Shown here piece by piece: positions 8,283 through 16,236 of a stretch of DNA of 24,722 nt. The stretch comes from Deinococcales bacterium. Its GTDB lineage: Bacteria > Deinococcota > Deinococci > Deinococcales > JAAFIG01. The DNA is taken from the NCBI GenBank assembly GCA_043778225.1, contig JAYWGM010000049.1, positions 1 to 24,722 on the forward strand. The letters are read 5' to 3'. The notes beneath the pieces were generated by a model that did no database searches, was not told the DNA's origin, and was given only the letters and a program-made list of their open reading frames with translations. The position numbers and the translations under genes are program-made. Position 1 is the first letter of the stretch. Each line of letters opens with the position of its first letter.

Positions 8283-10367
8283 TTAGAATTTTAGGGTCGG
8301 TGTGGCAGAAGGCACAAGGCTATCTGCCGAAGAATTATTGCCGAGTTTGCCCTCAGTGCCATTTGCGCCCCAACAGTAAACAATACCGTCGGTGGTTACG
8401 CCACAAGTAAATTCGTCGCTGGTACTGATGCTCGAGAAGCGTAAGGGGCTAGGATTAGTGCTTGAGTCTCTTACACTTATTGGGTAGTTTCGTTGGGCAA
8501 TTGTAGTATTCCCAAGCCGCCCCGCGCCTCCAGCACCCCAACAGTAAGCAACGCCAGCCGTGGTCAGACCACAAGTATGTACAACGCCTGCGCTGATGCT
8601 CGAGAAGCGTAAAGGGTTAGGATTGCCAAATGAATCATTCACAGTAGCTGGGGAAAAACTAAAAATACCACCAGTTCCAAGTTGACCTGCCGCTCCATCT
8701 CCCCAACAGTAGGCAACACCAGCCGTAGTTAATCCACAAGTATGTTCCGTTTCTGCACTGATACTCGAGAAGCGTAAAGCACTAGGATCACCTAAATCAT
8801 TTTTAACAAGATTCGGAGTAAGGGTTTGGTTAGGACCAAAATCTCCAAGTTGAAAATCGGTATTATCACCCCAGCAATAGGCTACACCATCGGTTTTCAC
8901 AGCACAGGTATGAAATTTCCCAGCACTGATACTTGAGAATTTGAATCCACCAGATACAAGGGTTGGAACATCTTTGTAGGTAGTGGTCCCATTTCCAAGT
9001 CGCCCATTGCTTCCAAGCCCCCAACAATAAGCAGTTCCATCGGTTTGCACAGCACAAGTGTGAAATGCACCAGCACTGATACTCGAGAATTTTAGGGTGC
9101 TATCCACGAGCCTAGGTGAAGGATTGCTACTTAGAGGTAAATTATTGCCACCTTGTCCATTGCTATTATCACCCCAACAATAGGCAGTTCCATCGGTGGT
9201 TAAAGCACAGGTATGGTCACGTCCAGCGCTAATGCTCGAGAAACGCAAGGCACTATCCGCCCCACTCGAGTCTTTAACCGTTATTGGAATACCACTTGTT
9301 AGGGTTGCGGCTGGATTACCAATTTTACCATTGCTGTTAGCACCCCAGCAGTACGCCACCCCACTGGCAGTTAAGGCACAACCATGGTTGATTCCTAAGT
9401 CCAACCGACCTAAGCCTAGGGCGTTAAAACTTGCGTTGCCATTGGTTGCATCGTTGGTAACAAGCACATCATCTGTTCCTTGATTAGGCTTTGTGCTGCT
9501 TTGACTGGCACTTCTGGTTAAACCAGCTTGCATAATTTCCGTACCCATTCGGGCTTCGGCAGCACTTAGAGCTTCGGGCGGGTAAACACTGCGGGTGACT
9601 CGAGAAGTCGTTTCATTGACAACCGCAAAGGTCATGGTGAAACGGTAAGCAGTAGCCGTGCCTTGTTTGGGAATCCGTAAGGCAATGTTAATCAACCCAC
9701 TTTGTCCAGTCGGAATATCCCTAACAAACGAAGTTGGATTCGCACAATTTGGAATACAACGCCGTGCTACAAAACCATAACCAAGCACTTTATCGTTGCT
9801 CGAGAAACCATTATCTGTCCAAGCCTGCGTAAAGTTTTGTAAGGCAGCCACTTCAGAAGGGTCAAAGACTTGAAAATCCTCACGCCCAGCAATCAACGTT
9901 GGTACAGTCACACTCGAGCCAGTCAGAGGTGTGAATTGCAGTCCATGCGTCGGAGCAACCAGTTTTGCAACTCGAGCCTGTTCGAGGCTGGTAACGCCGC
10001 CAAAATCGGTAATGGTTTTAATTGCCGAGCCACCAATGTTGCCATTTTTTGCAACCGCATACAAATTTAGATTATCGAAAGTATTACCACTGATGTTATT
10101 GACTGTAAATTGAGCTTGTAAATAATCGTATGCACCATCGGTAATCACAGTCACTGTCGGCGGAGGAGTCATCGGAAAAGTCACGTCAGCTTCGCGTAGA
10201 GTGCCTTGGAGTTGCAAGCCTCTGGTCAAACGAGCCGAACTACCCCCAGACGAACTTAAACTAAGCTCGAGACCACCAAGGATATTTTGCTGAACTAGGG
10301 CGGTTTGTTGCTGACAAGACATAAAAACGGCGGCTAGGATTGGCGTAACAACTAAAAAGCGTTTCAT
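8283..10367 (-). CDS. Lipoprotein with an uncharacterised N-terminal domain and a C-terminal 7-repeat RCC1/BLIP-II beta-propeller
   Basis: Lipoprotein signal MKRFLVVTPILAAVFMS-C; seven repeats of the type FSSISAGxxHTCAxxxDGxAYCWGxNxxGxLG; SD GGAGG. Confidence 0.9.
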   Translation of the reverse strand: MKRFLVVTPILAAVFMSCQQQTALVQQNILGGLELSLSSSGGSSARLTRGLQLQGTLREADVTFPMTPPPTVTVITDGAYDYLQAQFTVNNISGNTFDNLNLYAVAKNGNIGGSAIKTITDFGGVTSLEQARVAKLVAPTHGLQFTPLTGSSVTVPTLIAGREDFQVFDPSEVAALQNFTQAWTDNGFSSNDKVLGYGFVARRCIPNCANPTSFVRDIPTGQSGLINIALRIPKQGTATAYRFTMTFAVVNETTSRVTRSVYPPEALSAAEARMGTEIMQAGLTRSASQSSTKPNQGTDDVLVTNDATNGNASFNALGLGRLDLGINHGCALTASGVAYCWGANSNGKIGNPAATLTSGIPITVKDSSGADSALRFSSISAGRDHTCALTTDGTAYCWGDNSNGQGGNNLPLSSNPSPRLVDSTLKFSSISAGAFHTCAVQTDGTAYCWGLGSNGRLGNGTTTYKDVPTLVSGGFKFSSISAGKFHTCAVKTDGVAYCWGDNTDFQLGDFGPNQTLTPNLVKNDLGDPSALRFSSISAETEHTCGLTTAGVAYCWGDGAAGQLGTGGIFSFSPATVNDSFGNPNPLRFSSISAGVVHTCGLTTAGVAYCWGAGGAGRLGNTTIAQRNYPISVRDSSTNPSPLRFSSISTSDEFTCGVTTDGIVYCWGANGTEGKLGNNSSADSLVPSATPTLKF

Positions 10368-10513
10368 GGTTGTTCCTCCGTGAAGTCCATAAAATCATTC
10401 ATTGGCTCGAGACCAAGGGTATTAAAAGACACGGTTGCACCAACAATCATCTTGTAACAATGAAGCTCGAGAATTGGTGGGGCGTAAGGTTTTTTAGTAG
10501 GCAGTTCTTTCAT
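10364..10513 (-). CDS. 49-aa RiPP-precursor-like peptide B (not in ORF track)
   Basis: MKELPTKKPYAPPILELHCYKMIVGATVSFNTLGLEPMNDFMDFTEEQP*; SD GGAGG; ATGA overlaps with both neighbours; paralogous to peptide A. Confidence 0.85.
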   Translation of the reverse strand: MKELPTKKPYAPPILELHCYKMIVGATVSFNTLGLEPMNDFMDFTEEQP

Positions 10514-10656
10514 AATTCCTCCATAAAGTTGTTCATTGGCTCGAGACCAAGAGGAGGAACAATAGGAAGAGGACCAGAAAGTCCAATAATCAGGCTGTAC
10601 AGATGAGCCTCGAGCAGTGGCGGGGTATACGGTTTTTTAGTCGGAGACTCATTCAT
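10510..10656 (-). CDS. 48-aa RiPP-precursor-like peptide A (not in ORF track)
   Basis: MNESPTKKPYTPPLLEAHLYSLIIGLSGPLPIVPPLGLEPMNNFMEEL*; SD GAGGT 6 nt upstream; ATGA overlap with peptide B. Confidence 0.85.
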   Translation of the reverse strand: MNESPTKKPYTPPLLEAHLYSLIIGLSGPLPIVPPLGLEPMNNFMEEL

Positions 10657-10674
10657 GGGTTTACCTCGAGACCC

Positions 10675-10708
10675 ACCCTAACAAGTCAGCGTCACACAGC
10701 CGTGAGAC
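10675..10708 (-). promoter_or_regulatory. Putative promoter of the peptide-peptide-lipoprotein operon: extended -10 plus 11-bp-period direct repeat
   Basis: Minus strand reads GTCTCACG-gct-GTGTGACG-ctgact-TGt-TAGGGT; no recognisable -35 at canonical spacing. Confidence 0.5.
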
Positions 10709-10732
10709 GGCTTAAAATTCGTCAGGGTCAAC

Positions 10733-10760
10733 AAAAAAGGCAAACCTAAGGCTTGCCTTT
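10733..10760 (-). terminator. Intrinsic terminator downstream of the SPT-like gene
   Basis: Minus strand AAAGGCAAGCC-TTA-GGTTTGCCTTT followed by a T run. Confidence 0.8.
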
Positions 10761-10780
10761 GCTTAAAGCCCAATGGCTTA

Positions 10781-11992
10781 TCAACGAATAATCTGTAACG
10801 CCTTACCAACGTGTTCAAAAGCGTGTAAGGCTTTCTCGAGTTGGTCTTGGGTATGTGCGCCGTTGTAACTGGTGCGGATAATGCACTGGTCTTTTGGCAC
10901 GGCTGGCGGCAGGCTCGGTGTGGTAAAGATTTTTGCGTCCCATAAGCCACGCCAAAAACGAATGGCTGCATCTTGGTCGCCCGCCATAACTGGAATAATG
11001 GGGCTGTTGCTGCCCAGTAAATCAAAGCCAAGATTGAGGAGATTCGAGCGCATAAAATTAACATTCTTCCACATATTCTCGCGGTGATGCGGCTCGGAGC
11101 GCATAATTCGCAGCGCCTCGAGTGCCGCCGCCACATTGGGGGCTGGCAGGGCAGCGTTAAAAATAAATGGACGACCTGTGTGCTTAACAAAATCCACAAT
11201 ATCGCGGTCACCAGCAATAAAACCACCCACACTGGCAAAGGATTTCGAGAACGTGCCGACCACAACATCCACCAAATGCTCAATGCCAAAGTGAACATGA
11301 GCGCCTTCGCCACGTGGACCTAGCACGCCACTGGCATGGGCATCATCGCAGATGACCCGAGCGCCGTATTTTTTTGCCACGGCGGCGACAGTATCGACTG
11401 TGCCAATATGCCCAGACATACTAAAGACACCCTCGGTGTAGACCAAACGCCCACCGGGCTTGCCAACATCGGCCGCCAATTGGCGCTCGAGGTCTTCGGC
11501 ATCGTTGTGCTTAAAGCGGCGCAGATTCTCCCACGCCCAACTTAAACGCGCCCCGTCGTATAAACTGGCGTGGTTCTCGCGGTCAAAATAAACCAAATCG
11601 TGGCGAGCCGATAATGCCACGACACTGGTAGCACAGGCTAAAAAGCCCGCTCCAAAGACTATCGTGGCTTCTTTGCCCAAAAATTCGGCAAGTTCGCGCT
11701 CCAAGGTTTCGTGAATCTCGAGTGTACCGGTCAAAAACCTCGAGCCAGTACAGGTTGTACCATAGCGGTCAATGGCTTTTTTGCTGGCTTCACGGATGCG
11801 CGGGTCTTGGGTTAAGCCAAGGTAATCGTTGCTGCCGGTCAGCACATATTCTTCGCCCTCAACAACGACACTGCCACCACCATGTTTTTGGATTGCCTTA
11901 AAGTACGGGTATAAACCCATGGCAATGGCTTCATCGGCGCGGTTGTATTTTTTGGCTTTCTCAAAAGCATCAAGCTGTATTGGTTGTGTCAT
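10781..11992 (-). CDS. PLP-dependent alpha-oxoamine synthase family enzyme (serine palmitoyltransferase-like / BioF family); start revised to ATG 11992
   Basis: Motifs GSNDYLGL, GSRFLTGT, NHASLYDG, EGVFSMSG, DDAHASGVLG, GTFSKS (PLP lysine); SD GAGGGG before MTQPIQ. Confidence 0.88.
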   Translation of the reverse strand: MTQPIQLDAFEKAKKYNRADEAIAMGLYPYFKAIQKHGGGSVVVEGEEYVLTGSNDYLGLTQDPRIREASKKAIDRYGTTCTGSRFLTGTLEIHETLERELAEFLGKEATIVFGAGFLACATSVVALSARHDLVYFDRENHASLYDGARLSWAWENLRRFKHNDAEDLERQLAADVGKPGGRLVYTEGVFSMSGHIGTVDTVAAVAKKYGARVICDDAHASGVLGPRGEGAHVHFGIEHLVDVVVGTFSKSFASVGGFIAGDRDIVDFVKHTGRPFIFNAALPAPNVAAALEALRIMRSEPHHRENMWKNVNFMRSNLLNLGFDLLGSNSPIIPVMAGDQDAAIRFWRGLWDAKIFTTPSLPPAVPKDQCIIRTSYNGAHTQDQLEKALHAFEHVGKALQIIR

Positions 11993-12097
11993 CTCTTCCC
12001 CCTCAAATTTGTACTCGAGCCGCATTGGTTTTCGAGCGAATAACATAAACTATCACGAGAAGAGCGCCAGAATTTAGGGTTATCTTTCACTCGAGCC

Positions 12098-12784
12098 TTA
12101 GCGTGTGTTCCAATACCGAGCAATCAGCCAAGCGATAAGCGCTGCTACCGCCAAACCTAAGATAATCAAAATAAGCAAAATCGCCCCTCGAAAAAGCGCC
12201 AGCAAAAACTCGAGTCCTCGAGTCCCAAACCAGATTATTCGCGCCAGATTCGTTTCGCTAAAAAGCATAAAACCAAGTCCAGCAAACAAAAAAGCCCCCA
12301 AAGCCGCCGCTCCAGCCCCTGCCAACAACCAACCCAATAAGCCGCCGCCAAGCCCAAATATAAGGCTTGTTGGCAACCGCCACTTTTGGCTGATGGCATA
12401 GGCGCGTTTGGGGATTGCCCTGCGGGTATCGTGTAGCCACCATGTCAGTCTCGAGGTCAGGGGCGGACGAGCATTGCCAATGCGCCCAACGCTGACATCT
12501 TGTTTGGCTCGAGCTTGGGTGCGTTGGGCTTCAGTCCAGATTGGCTCGGTGGGGGCTTGCGAGACTCGAGTAAAAAGCCCTAACTGGGTTTCGACTGAGG
12601 CGACACTTTTTGAGAATTCATCTGAATCCAACTTTGGCAGTCCTAGCAATTGTTTAATCAGCACGGCTGGCAAGAGTGGCTCGAGGCTCTGGACTTTTTC
12701 TACCCAAGTTGTGCCAGTTGCTCCAAGCGAGTTCTCGAGTCGAGTCGTCAAGCGCTTCAAGGTTTCTTCTCGAGACTCGAGCAT
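12098..12784 (-). CDS. Hypothetical membrane protein (soluble N-terminus, about 3 C-terminal TM helices); start probably ATG 12784
   Basis: Hydrophobic C-terminal segments; ATG lies 2 nt after the upstream TAA. Confidence 0.7.
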   Translation of the reverse strand: MLESREETLKRLTTRLENSLGATGTTWVEKVQSLEPLLPAVLIKQLLGLPKLDSDEFSKSVASVETQLGLFTRVSQAPTEPIWTEAQRTQARAKQDVSVGRIGNARPPLTSRLTWWLHDTRRAIPKRAYAISQKWRLPTSLIFGLGGGLLGWLLAGAGAAALGAFLFAGLGFMLFSETNLARIIWFGTRGLEFLLALFRGAILLILIILGLAVAALIAWLIARYWNTR

Positions 12785-12786
12785 GA

Positions 12787-13668
12787 TTATTTTTGTTTTG
12801 CCCAATAACGCACCAAGCCGTTGGCTGCCATTTGGTACGGGGTCGAGAGTGCGTACTTGGTCTCGAGGTTTTTATTTTGGATTTCGGCTTTGGCATACTG
12901 CCCTATTGCTGTGGCAATTTCGTCTGCGCCGCCGCCTGCTTCAATAATCTTTTGAGACATCTGCTCGAGAATATCGAGGCTCTGCTCGAGTTTGGCAAAA
13001 TGCAAAACAGTATCGGTATACATCCCAAAATGGGTCAAAAAAATACGCGCTGGCTCGAGCGCCCTAAGTTGGGCTAAACTTTTGCGCCATGCCGCAAAAT
13101 CAATATCGGGCGGCGGCGTGGGGGCAATCACATGGCTTGAACCCTGCAGGCGCACGCCACCCACATCGCCACAAAAAACATCTTGCCCAAAGGCATACAC
13201 CAAATGATGAATCGCATGACCGGGGGCATACATCGCTTGCACCTCAAGACCCGAAATTTGCAGGGTTTCCAGACCCTCGAGAACCACGAGTTGCGCCTCT
13301 GGCACAGGTTCAAACTGCCCCCAAAGGGTCTCCATCATCGCACCATAAATTCGGGTCGCACTGGTCAGAAGCCGCTCAGGATTTTTAAGATGAATTGCCC
13401 CATGCCGATGAACATAGACTTGTAAATTTGGGTTTTCTCGAGCCATTGTCCCAGCCGCGCCAGCGTGGTCGAGATGAATATGGGTCAGCAATAAATGCTT
13501 ACAGTCAGCAATATCATAGCCAAGCGCCGCAATTCCAGCTTTGAGGTTTGGCAAGGTACTCGAGGGTCCACAATCCACAATCAGATGCCCCAGACTTGAG
13601 GGGATAAAGTAAGCCGCCACCGTGCCACTCGAACCCATCAACTCGAGGTCAATGGTGTGGATGTTCAT
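12787..13668 (-). CDS. MBL-fold metallo-hydrolase
   Basis: Motifs VDCG, THIHLDHAG, PGHAIHH, GD, THFG; ATGA overlap with the upstream gene. Confidence 0.92.
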   Translation of the reverse strand: MNIHTIDLELMGSSGTVAAYFIPSSLGHLIVDCGPSSTLPNLKAGIAALGYDIADCKHLLLTHIHLDHAGAAGTMARENPNLQVYVHRHGAIHLKNPERLLTSATRIYGAMMETLWGQFEPVPEAQLVVLEGLETLQISGLEVQAMYAPGHAIHHLVYAFGQDVFCGDVGGVRLQGSSHVIAPTPPPDIDFAAWRKSLAQLRALEPARIFLTHFGMYTDTVLHFAKLEQSLDILEQMSQKIIEAGGGADEIATAIGQYAKAEIQNKNLETKYALSTPYQMAANGLVRYWAKQK

Positions 13669-14417
13669 GCTTTTGCGCCAATATGAGTCTCGAGTACACC
13701 AACGCCAGCAATACTCAGTTCAATATGGTCTTCAGGTTGCAGTGGTCCGACACCTTCTGGCGTACCCGTAATAATCACATCGCCAGCTTCTAGGGTCATA
13801 AATTGCGAAACATAGCTAATCACAAATGGCACGCTGTAAATCATTTGGCTGGTTGGGGCATCTTGGCGAATTTCGCCGTTGATGCGGGTCGTGACCCGAG
13901 ATTGGCTTGGCTCGAGGTCGGTTTCTAGGTGTGGTCCAAATGGCAAAAAGTCGTCTGCACCTTTGGCGCGAAACCACTGCAAGTCTGAGCGCTGTTTATC
14001 TCGAGCCGTCAAATCTATGGCGCAGGTATAGCCAAGCACATAGGACAAAGCGCTGCTTGCAGAAACCTTGTGCGCTCGAGACTTCATCACCAAGCCCAAT
14101 TCACCTTCAAAATGAAAATTTTCTGTCCACGCCGGATACGCCACGGTTGCGCCGTGATGGGTCAGGGTATTAGGTCCTTTTAAGAATAAACCCGGTTCTG
14201 GTGGCACTTCGCCGCCCATTTCGGCAGCGTGTGCTGCATAATTTTTACCGACACAAATAATTTTACTCGGTTCGGCTGGCACAAGCATCTGCACTTCTTG
14301 GCTCGAGAAAACCGTACCAGTTGGCTCGAGATTAGGTAGCCGAATGACCTGCACAGTGTCGCCCTCGAGAATGCCCCAGTGAATATCATGTTGAACTTGA
14401 AAACGAATAATTTTCAT
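13665..14417 (-). CDS. Fumarylacetoacetate hydrolase family protein
   Basis: Motifs PSKIICVGKNYAAH, HFEGELG, DLTARD, AKG, GDVIITGTPEGVG; leaderless -10 TAAACT. Confidence 0.93.
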   Translation of the reverse strand: MKIIRFQVQHDIHWGILEGDTVQVIRLPNLEPTGTVFSSQEVQMLVPAEPSKIICVGKNYAAHAAEMGGEVPPEPGLFLKGPNTLTHHGATVAYPAWTENFHFEGELGLVMKSRAHKVSASSALSYVLGYTCAIDLTARDKQRSDLQWFRAKGADDFLPFGPHLETDLEPSQSRVTTRINGEIRQDAPTSQMIYSVPFVISYVSQFMTLEAGDVIITGTPEGVGPLQPEDHIELSIAGVGVLETHIGAKA

Positions 14418-14436
14418 AAAAACAGTTTAACACGTA

Positions 14437-14895
14437 TCAAATCTGTTCAAATTGCATTGTCATCCGTAAACCCAAGGCGGCAGCCAAACGCCGTACCGTC
14501 TCGAGATTATGGCTTCTATACTTAGGATTTCTCATTCTCGAGAGTGCCGATGTGGTCGTACCAACCCGCGCCGCAATTTGGGCAGCCGATAATTCACTCG
14601 AGTCTATTAAGCGTCCGATTTCTAAGCTGATTGGATTGACTACCGTAACTTCGACCAAAACAGCTTCGGGATTGACCAACCCCTCGAGTTGGTCGTTTGA
14701 CAAGTCAGATACCTGTTTGACTTTTGCTTTAGGCAACTGACCACGATGCAAAGGAAGGTATTCGCTCAAGTTATAACCAAGTTTTTTAAGCAGTGCGGCT
14801 CGAGTTGTGGCGGTGATAATAAACACGCCCGCAAAATCTGGGAAAAATCCAAACCAATGGCGTTTCACTTGTCCAATAACGGCTGTATAGTTCAT
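14437..14895 (-). CDS. HicB-like antitoxin with C-terminal XRE-type HTH
   Basis: N-terminal YTAVI...WFGFFPDFAG HicB-like fold; HTH LSAAQIAARVGTTTSALSRM...LETVRRLAAALG; downstream of a HicA-like ORF. Confidence 0.78.
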   Translation of the reverse strand: MNYTAVIGQVKRHWFGFFPDFAGVFIITATTRAALLKKLGYNLSEYLPLHRGQLPKAKVKQVSDLSNDQLEGLVNPEAVLVEVTVVNPISLEIGRLIDSSELSAAQIAARVGTTTSALSRMRNPKYRSHNLETVRRLAAALGLRMTMQFEQI

Positions 14896-15103
14896 TTTTT
14901 TCCCTTCTTACCTTTTTTGGGATTTTGAGTTGTTGGTAGTACGATTTTAGTGTGCCTCGCGGGATTTCAACTCCATCTGAGCCATCAAAAGAAATCATTC
15001 GCTCACCGTTTGTCCAGATTTCGTGGTCGCCCTTACCTGAACGCAATTTTTGCCAGCCCAATTGAGTTGCAAGTTGCTTGATTTCGCGGATTCTTGGTGG
15101 CAT
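14786..15103 (-). CDS. HicA-family toxin (mRNA interferase) with anomalous C-terminal read-through; start ATG 15103
   Basis: MPPRIREIKQLATQLGW...GKGDHEIW...EIPRGTLKSY matches the HicA dsRBD-like pattern including the conserved His; the frame overlaps hicB by 110 nt. Confidence 0.8.
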   Translation of the reverse strand: MPPRIREIKQLATQLGWQKLRSGKGDHEIWTNGERMISFDGSDGVEIPRGTLKSYYQQLKIPKKVRREKNELYSRYWTSETPLVWIFPRFCGRVYYHRHNSSRTA

Positions 15104-15163
15104 TTGTTGGTATAAATTAGCATCTTTGCTAATAAATTTCAAGGTATGGGTTAGAATATCCAG

Positions 15164-16156
15164 ATGAACCCGTCACAAGTTCTTTTAGCGCATCTCGAGC
15201 ATCATGCCATTCCAGCCGTGGCTTGGGCATTTGGGCAAGTCGGTCAACTTGAGCTTGGCTACACTGGCAAACGCTGGCACACCCCAGATGCGCCCAACAT
15301 CAGCCCCGAGACGGTCTTTGATTTGGCAAGCCTGACCAAAGTGCTGGTGACTGTGCCACTTTTATTAAAACTGATTGGGGCTGGAAAACTCGATCCAACC
15401 GCGCCTTTGCTCGAGGTACTGCCAGAAATTGCTGGCTTTCCACTCGAGAGCGCCAATCTGTTGCAACTCGTTTCGCATTCGGCTGGACTCGAGGCGTTGT
15501 CGCCGCTGAGAACTTGGAAATTATCTCGAGATGCTGCCTTACAAAAAGCCCTCGAGATGCCGCGCCCACAGTCTGGGATTATTTATTCTGACCAAGGTTT
15601 TTTGGTGCTGACTTATCTGCTCGAGAAATTGTACGGGCAACGGCTGGATATGGTCGCAAACCAAGAATTGTTCGCACCCAATAACGTAAACCTGACCTAC
15701 CAGCCAGACCCAAACCTCTGTGCTGCGACCGAACTTGACTCGAGTGGCAACTTAATCATCGGGCGAGTTCACGATGAAAACACGGCTGCTTTAGATGGTA
15801 TTTCTGGTCATGCTGGGTTATTTGGCAACCTGACTGAACTTTGTAAATACCTCCAAGCCCTGATGACGGGTCTAGTTCTACCATCTCCCCTGCTCGAAAC
15901 CATGCAGCGCGAAATTGCTCGAGACCACCACGACGCTCGTGCCTTTGGTTGGTTAATCCCGCACCCAAACTGGCTGGGCGCGGACAATGCGCCCCCCGAC
16001 ACATTGGGTCATACGGGTTTTACGGGGACTGGAGTCTGGTTTTCGCTAGAAACTCAGCAGTGCAACGTGCTGCTCTCCAACCGCGTTTGTCCATCTCGAG
16101 CCACCCCAAACGACATCGCTGGCTTGCGCCGCAAGTTTAATGCGGCGGCTTGGTGA
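15164..16156 (+). CDS. Serine hydrolase, beta-lactamase/AmpC-like family
   Basis: Motifs FDLASLTK (SxxK), HSAGL, YSDQG, GHAGLF, GHTGFTGT, LSNRV; leaderless -10 TAGAAT at 15152-15157. Confidence 0.92.
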   Translation: MNPSQVLLAHLEHHAIPAVAWAFGQVGQLELGYTGKRWHTPDAPNISPETVFDLASLTKVLVTVPLLLKLIGAGKLDPTAPLLEVLPEIAGFPLESANLLQLVSHSAGLEALSPLRTWKLSRDAALQKALEMPRPQSGIIYSDQGFLVLTYLLEKLYGQRLDMVANQELFAPNNVNLTYQPDPNLCAATELDSSGNLIIGRVHDENTAALDGISGHAGLFGNLTELCKYLQALMTGLVLPSPLLETMQREIARDHHDARAFGWLIPHPNWLGADNAPPDTLGHTGFTGTGVWFSLETQQCNVLLSNRVCPSRATPNDIAGLRRKFNAAAW

Positions 16157-16236
16157 TAACCACGAGATTTCGTACAGTGCATTTTTGGATTCTCGAGTAA
16201 AGTAAAAGCAGTTCAACACATTTGGAGGAATGACCC

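Noticed and set aside
8283..9420. RCC1 repeats as a diversity-generating retroelement target or template
   Set aside because: No reverse transcriptase in the window and no near-identical TR/VR pair with adenine-only differences was seen; these are ordinary protein repeats.
10398..10551. 20-bp exact direct repeat TTCATTGGCTCGAGACCAAG x2 as a possible mini-CRISPR
   Set aside because: Only two copies 134 bp apart and no cas genes; explained by the duplicated LGLEPMN segment of the two peptides.
10370..10606. 78-aa plus-strand ORF in the ORF track
   Set aside because: TTG start without SD; antisense to two well-supported coupled peptide genes.
10678..11313. 211-aa alternative-frame ORF and other long shadow ORFs (e.g. 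2632..3162, 3890..4390, 12408..12947)
   Set aside because: They overlap genes with clear family motifs and show no recognisable features themselves.
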